Assembly: GCA_903813345.2 (NCBI GenBank)
Contig: CAIIXF020000001.1
Location: 12,648,001 to 12,712,000, forward strand
From: Owenia fusiformis
Lineage: Eukaryota
Reading direction: 5' to 3'
Length of the DNA: 64,000 bases
Within the stretch, counting starts at the first letter, position 1, and each line of letters begins with the position of its first letter. The notes under the pieces were generated by a model. It was not told where the DNA came from and did not search any database. It saw nothing but the letters and a program-made list of their open reading frames with translations. A program made the position numbers and the translations under genes. Of this stretch, positions 56,744 through 64,000 are shown piece by piece.

Positions 56744-59700
56744 TCACTTCTTGCCGGCCTTGGCTGCAGCCTTTGTCACTTTGCCAGCCTTTTCTACCTT
56801 CTCTACAGACTTGATGACTCCAACAGCCACAGTCTGCTTCATGTCACGTACAGCGAAACGTCCCAGGGGTGGGAACTCAGAGAAAGACTCCACACACATG
56901 GGCTTCTGGGGTGTCATGTTGACGATGGCAGCATCTCCAGATTTGACAAACTTGGGGGCATCCTCAAGTTCTTTTCCAGATCGTCGATCAATCTTCTTCT
57001 GGATCTCACTGAATTTGCAGGCAATATGCGCTGTATGGCAATCCAACACTGGGGCGTATCCATTGCTGATCTGTCCAGGGTGGTTCAGGATGATAACCTG
57101 AAATAGAATAGAAACATGGTTTAATTAAGATCTACAAAATTAAAGTATCTCCGATTCATCCTTTATTTGAAAATGTATTTCATAAATCCACTCTACTAAA
57201 CCTTGCATTTGGTGTTCATGAGCAACCAATTGGCTTATTAGTAATGATTATGTATTTGTTTTTATTTGTCTGTTCCTTATTAATATTTTATCGGTTGAAT
57301 GTTAGATGTTACTAAGGCACTTTCAAAAAAAATATACTAAACAATACAATCAGACAAAGTATCTTATGCCTTTCTAGGTGTTTTCGGTTTCGTAGAATGA
57401 AATCCTTGAATGCATGCATAATCTTGTGAATCTGCATGGGACACAATGTTTAAAATCATTCAGTAGTTATCCAGATATTTATCATAAGTCTAGAATATCA
57501 TTTTTGCAAAATAAGTCAATCACTTGGTATACAATGGCCAAAATAAATCGGCATTCTTAAGGTTGAACTATTCACCACAGGGTTCTCACCAGGAAAAGAA
57601 AATTCTAACATTCGCGCTATTTTTTCCAAAAAGTATGAACAGTCAGCCTTACCCCAGTAATTTAATATTTTCCTTCAATTCAATGTAAGTATCACTTACT
57701 TGCAAATTACATACAAAATGTCCTTTATCAAAAAAACTGGGTTTATTACATTGAGTACATACCTGAGCAATAAAGGTCTTGGCCTCTTTAGGGGGGTTAT
57801 TCTTGGAGTCTCCGCAAACATTACCACGACGGATTTCCTTTACTGATACGTTCTTGATGTTGAATCCGACATTGTCTCCTGGAGTAGCCTCAGTAAGGGA
57901 TTCATGATGCATCTCTACAGATTTGCACTGCAATCGAAAGTAAAGCAATATCTTACACAAAATTTTCAATGAGCAGATACATCGTTAACTAAAGAACTAT
58001 GATAAATTAAAAAAAAAATTATAATGGATTTGAAATCATAATTTTCTTTTTTATTCTTGTCAATGATATTCATATTATGTTTTATAATCAGTTTACTATC
58101 ACAATAGTAATGCTTTTGTCATCAAGCAAATAATTTAGAACAAGATTACAGCACCACCATAGCAAATCCCATCAAACAGTCATGGCTGCCATCAAAGAAA
58201 TCGCTCTATTACGTTTTGAGTTATATTATATTAATAACACACAAATAGTCGCCTTCTAGCCGAAGTGTCATAAAACAGTGCCATGCTTTAGTATTCACAT
58301 ATCAAATAGGAACAAAAACGCCCTACTACTTTTCCTAAAAATTACAGCAAAATTCGAACAAGGCATTAACATGACAAAATTAAGAGTTCAACCGTAAGTC
58401 AGATTTGAATTTCTGTGAACTTGAACATGATTTTGAAAAAATAAACTGGTCAAGTTGAAAAAACAGAACAACCGCAACGCCAAAGCGTAGCGAATCCCAT
58501 CGAACAGAAATGGCTGGCATTTTTACAAACGAAATATATAGCAAATATCATAAACTAACACACCAGAAAGGCCACCATTTTCAAAATGGTTGCTCACTAG
58601 CCAAGTTGTCATCAGAAGAAATTATATGCTTTTAAGTAGCCACACATAAAATTTTTGAAAAATCGCACACATGTACTTGTAAAATAACACACATAAAAAT
58701 GGTGGCCATTTTTCAAAATGGCCGAGTACAAAGTTTTATTAGACAATGTGCCATGCTTAGAGTATTCACATGTCAAATATGAACAAAATTGCTCCACTAC
58801 TTTTCGAGTTATAGTAAAAAATGTAATAAAAATGACATCCATTTTTTAAAATGGCTGCCTACTATCTGAAGTGTCGTGAGACAGTGTGCAAGGCTCATGA
58901 GTATTCACATATCAAATATGAACAAAATCGCTTCACTACTTTTCAAAAAATTATAGTAAAAAACGTAAAAATGGTGGCCATTTTTCAAAATGGCCACCTA
59001 CTACCCAAAGTGTCATTAGACAGTGTGCCATGCTTATATAGTATTCACATATAAAATATATGAAACATACCAAATATGATCAAAATCGCTGAACTACTTT
59101 TCAAGTTATAGTAAAATACCATGGGGCCATTTTTCAAAATGGCCACCTTCTACCAAAAGTGTCATTAGACAGTGTGCCGTGCTTTTAGTATTCACATACC
59201 AAATATGAACAAAATCGCTTCACTACTTTTCAAGTTATAGTAAAATATGTTAAAATGGCAGTCATTTTTCAAAATTTTTTTCAAAATGGCCGCCTTCTAC
59301 CAAAAGTGTAATAGGACAGTGTGCCACACTTATAGTATTCACATACCAAATATGAACAAAATCGCTCCACTACTTTTCGAGTTACAGCAAAAATCGTAAA
59401 ATAACGAGTAAAGGTCGCCATTTTTCAAGATGGCTGCCATGTGCTTTTTAATATCTACATTTCTAGCTTTATTAATGTCCTATATACTTTTTTTTACATT
59501 TATAACATATTGCTATTAGAGTTTTACATATTGCACCTAAATTACAGCAAAATCGACACTAAAATGGCCACCATTTTGAAATGAGTGGCCATTTTGAAAA
59601 TCGGCCTTCGAGCAGAACTTCTACCCCCATAGGGTATATGTGTACAAAATATGAACAAAATCGGGCCAACGGTATTTGAGTTATTGCCCAGACGGACATA

Positions 59701-62680
59701 CGGAGGCGTTCCCTATATCCCTCCGAACTTCGTTCAATGGGATAATAACTTTTTTGAGCCTGGGAAGGTCATTGAAGGCGAAATCTCGAATCTAAAGTCA
59801 GATTTGAAATTCTGAGAACATGAAGATAATTTGAAAAAAAATTGGTCAATTTGAAGCAAGATGAAAAAGACCTTTTTGACCTTGAAAATGCCATTGAAGG
59901 TCAAATCTATAGTCAGATTTGAACTGTTGAGAACTTGTAGATGATTTTGAAAAAAATGGGTCAATGTGAAGCAAGTTGAAAAAAGACCTTTTTGACCTTG
60001 AGAAGGTCATTGAAGGTCAAATCTTCAATATAAAGTCATACTTGAACTTCTGAAAACATGTAGATGATTTTGTAAAAAAATTGAAGTCAGTCTTAACAGT
60101 ATTTTTTAAGTTATTGGAAGTCGTAAGACCACCGTCAAAAAAGGACACCATAACAATATGTCACCACTTTATGGTGGAGACTACGGGTCCCGCGATTCAT
60201 CGATATATCAGCTCGTTTGGTGACGATACGAGCGTATTGATACGAAGACTCAAATATCGATACACCAAAAATACTATTAACATACCTGAAATCCATCATA
60301 TTTTGCCGAAATCTACTGAATATTTGGCTTTTTTGAGAAATTGTTTTTATATCTTTTGTTTGGTTTCTCACTGAACATGACACGCCCAAAATGTTGTATA
60401 AATGCGAACAGAATGCTTTGCGGATTGACAGTCTTAATGCGAACAAATAACTTGTGCCTTCTATGTCTTCGTATATCAACGTACTTTGTTTTATAATTCT
60501 ATATACTTTTTGACAATTTAGTATGAATAAATATAATCTTTGAACTTTTTATTGGATAGAACGCGTTCAATTTATTGATAACTCTAATAAAAAAACGAAC
60601 AATATTTACGTTCTGAGTATTAATGTTGACCGGAGGTTAGAAATTGAAACTTTTTGAAAGTTTTGAACACACTTGATAGAATTATGGCCGTGTAAGCATC
60701 AAACATGGGTAGTTGTGTTATCATTATATCCCCCAATAGAAAATCTACTGTAGTACTTTTGAACATTCCTCAGCCTAAAGGGAAAGCACAGACGGACTTA
60801 AAAAAATTGCAAAATGCAATGCATAGACTAGATAAGGGACTACTATACAACAGGTAGGCTTGATACTAGACTAAAGTTTTTATACTGCATCTGAATCAAA
60901 TGTCACAGCAAGTGATAGACTTTAAAACTCGACCTCAGCTACGTCAGTGTTGCACCCCCCCCGGTTCAACTACACGCTATTTATGTATCGTATCGTTGCT
61001 CGTATCGTGACCCGAGTATCGAGATACGTATCGTATCGTTTCATAATGTATCGTGGGACCCCTAGTGGAGACAAAAAATAGCGTGTAAAGGCCCACATTT
61101 CTCAACATGACTGCCCAAAGTATTTTTTAAATATCTAAATATCTTCATTTCTAGCTTATTAATGCCCTATCTATTTTACATTTAAAAGATATTCCTATTA
61201 AGTTTCATATACAGGATCTAAACTACTGTAAAATCGCCACTAAAATGGCTGCCATTTTTAAATAAAAGAGCAGCCATTTTGAAAATTGGCTGTCGAGCAG
61301 AGAACTTCTACCCCATAGAGCACCCGTGTACAAAATATGAAAAAATCGCATCAATGGTATTGGAATTATCACCCGGACAGACATACGTTTGTACAGAGAC
61401 GTTCCCTATATCCCTCCAAACAATATTCGATGGGATAGATATCAAGATTGATCAACATTTATTAGCACTCTTACCTCAGTGGTAACTACATTAGGGGCAA
61501 ATGATACCACCATACCAGGCTTCAGCACACCAGTCTCAACACGTCCTACTGGTACTGTTCCAATACCTCCTATCTTGTAAACATCCTGGAGGGGCAGACG
61601 GAGTGGCTTGTCTGTGGGACGTTTGGGGGGATCAATGTTGTCAAGAGCCTGAACAAGAGTTTTTCCTGAAATACAAAGAGGACATCAAATTTACATAAAA
61701 TGTATATTTAAACCAAAATTTGATATTTTCCATCAGACAAGGTTCTTGTAAACCTTTAAATTGTTAAGAGGTAAGAATCTTTTTAATAACTTTTTTTGTA
61801 ATTTGTCTTTTGATCTTATACTGGCTTTTCTTAAAACTGAACTAGAAAACTGCAACTCCATGGAGTTGCGAATCCCAACGAACACTATAGCATATATGAA
61901 TCAGTAGCGGCTTGTTTTTATAGTGTATATTATATAAGAATTATGAAATAAATAAATTGAATTGAATTTGTCACAAAAATATAAATATTGGAAACATCAG
62001 AGATATATCAGAATTTCTTCTAACAATTTGAATTTTCTGAGGCACAAATCAGGAAAACAATAACAAATAGTGATCTGCCCTACATTTCGTTCAATTTGAA
62101 AAGAATATAGCCATACTTTGAAGAGATCAGAAAGTTATTGCGAAATTCAATATAAGGCGTCGGCCATTTTGAATTTTATAAGGCCCAAATTACAAAACCG
62201 ATACAATATATCTACTTTCCTCTTGTCAAGGTTAGTGATATACCCAAATTGTCAGAAGTTTCTACTTGAAACTATAAACCCCTGTGTTCTTAAATATGAT
62301 CAGTTCAGGGTTTACATGCATGATTACATACCACTGTACTCTTTCTTAGCCTTTGTGACCTTCCATCCGCTGAACCAAGAGGTATTGGCACTTTCTTCCA
62401 ACATGTTATCTCCATGCCATCCAGAAATTGGGACGAATGGTACAGTATCTGGGTTGTAACCGATCTTCTTAACATAAGAGGACACTTCCTTTTGGATTTC
62501 TTCAAAACGTGCCTTACTGTATGGTGGTTCAGTGTTGTCAATCTTGTTGACTCCAATGATCAGCTGTTTTACACCAAGGGTGTAAGCAAGCAGAGCGTGT
62601 TCTCTGGTCTGACCATTTTTGGATATACCAGCTTCAAACTCACCAACACTGCTAGCACAGATCAATACAGCACAATCAGC
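56744..62680 (-). CDS. EEF1A: Elongation factor 1-alpha, last four coding exons (5' part beyond window)
   Basis: Exons 62680-62332, 61665-61475, 57927-57763, 57097-56744 (TGA), all GT-AG and in frame. [74 protein letters not shown]. Confidence 0.97.
58466..59746 (-). mobile_element. HINE/DINE-like family H2 copy in EF-1alpha intron
   Basis: subTIR pair ATCCCATCGAAC / GTTCAATGGGAT, GACGGAC short repeat near the end, internal ~125-bp tandem units. Confidence 0.8.
60182..61064. mobile_element. hAT (Ac-type termini) non-autonomous element with 8-bp TSD
   Basis: TACGGGTCCCGCGAT / ATCGTGGGACCCCTA termini; exact GTGGAGAC at 60174-60181 and 61065-61072; subterminal CGATAC/GTATCG repeats. Confidence 0.85.
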
Positions 62681-62831
62681 CTGAAGACAAAAAAATGATA
62701 TAATAAAAAGTCAACAATTCCCTTCACAAAGCTAGATCAATTTAAAATATAAAAATACCCTAAGTATCATGTAATAAAACATTCTTCGTTAATGAATCGT
62801 CAGTCACTGCCTTATTGATATCACATATGAA

Positions 62832-63786
62832 AAACAACAGCAACGCCAAAATGTAGCAAATCCCATCAAACAGACATGGCTGGCATTTTTACAAACAAGC
62901 AACGCCAAAGTGTAGCAAATCCTATCGAACAGCCATGGCTGGCATTTTTACAAACAAAGTATGAAGCAAAAATGGCAGCCATTTTTCAAAATGGCCACTT
63001 TCTACCAAAAGTGTCATTAGACAGTGTGCCATGCTTTTAGTATTCACATACCAAATATGAAAAAATCGCTCAACTACTTTTCGAGTTATAGTAAAATACG
63101 TTTAAATGGGGCCATTTTGAAAAAAGGCAAACTTTCTACCAAAAGTGTCATTAGATAGTGTGTCATGCTTATAGTATTCACATACCAAATATGAACAAAA
63201 TCGCTCAACTACTTTTCAGTTATAGTAAAATACGTTCAAATGGCGGCCATTTTTCAAAATAGCAGCCCTCTACCAAAAGAGTCATTAGACAGTGGGCCAT
63301 GCTTTTCGAGTTGCAGCTAAAATCGTAAAATAGCACATAGAGGCCGCCATTTTTCAAGATGGCTGCCATGTGCTTTAATGTCTAATTTATTAATGTTCTA
63401 TAAAATTTGCCGCCTTCTACCAAACAAAAGAGTCATTAGTATGCCATGCTTATGGTATTCACATACCAAATATTAACAAAATCGCTCAACTACTTTTAGA
63501 GTTATAGAAAAATGCATTAAAATGGCTACCTTCTACCAAAAGTGGCATTAGACACTGGGCCATGCTTACTTTAATATAGTGTACCTGAATTACTGTAAAA
63601 TCGGCACTCAAATGGCCGCCATTTTGAAAATCGGCTTTAGGGCAGAACTTCTACCCCCATAGGATATGTGTACAAAATATCAACAAAATTGGGCCAACGG
63701 TATTTGAGGTATTGCACGGGCGGACAGATGTACCGACAGACAGAGGCCTTCCCTATATCCCTACAAACTTTGTCCGATGGGATAAT
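62832..63786 (-). mobile_element. HINE/DINE-like family H2 copy in EF-1alpha intron
   Basis: Same termini and tandem units as 51170 and 58466; GGACAGAT..GACAGACAG and CCCTATATCCC...CGATGGGATAAT end. Confidence 0.8.
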
Positions 63787-64000
63787 TAACATATTATTCT
63801 AAAGCTGTTTGAAAACCATCCCTTGTGATTAGATTAGTAGTGGTGTAAGTACTGGTCTTAATATCCCAGTTCAAAGTGCTTCTTGTGAATGCTTGTACTT
63901 GTATAAATGCACAGTGCAGAAAATCACTTGTGTGCTTTTAAAAAGCACCAAATGAACAGTAAAAAAGGTATTAACATGACAAAATGTCACCACCTAGTTG

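Noticed and set aside
56751-57101. 116-aa plus-strand ORF
   Set aside because: Antisense to the last EF-1alpha exon.

Overview
AT-rich, intron-rich, repeat-dense animal genomic DNA. The EF-1alpha sequence, the vWA/chitin-binding gene and the transposon spectrum suggest an invertebrate, probably lophotrochozoan; the species cannot be fixed from the sequence. Four spliced genes were rebuilt by hand from splice sites and reading phase. (1) Minus-strand ankyrin-repeat + C2-domain protein, ~840 aa, 22895-17838. (2) Head-to-head with it, a plus-strand ankyrin-repeat/SOCS-box (ASB-like) gene, ~310 aa, 23610-48099, with one ankyrin repeat per 99-nt exon. (3) Antisense and wholly inside intron 3 of that gene, a 12-exon secreted mosaic protein, ~637 aa, 38464-28324: signal peptide, chitin-binding-like domain, 3 cystine-knot-type (C-C-CC-C-C) modules, 2 Sushi/CCP domains, 2 more knots, and a vWA domain with intact MIDAS. 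It is mostly invisible in the ORF track and is the main finding. (4) The 3' part of an elongation factor 1-alpha gene, minus strand, running off the window. The rest is a 5'-truncated LINE with an open EN-RT ORF, a Mutator/Foldback-like element with 15-bp-repeat termini and a 9-bp TSD, a 75-bp minisatellite with higher-order structure, several Helentron/DINE-like families carrying tandem repeats, and many MITEs (Transib-like, hAT-like, Tc1/mariner, pogo-like, and a Spy-like insertion with no TSD), often nested. All assignments come from reading the sequence; no searches were run.
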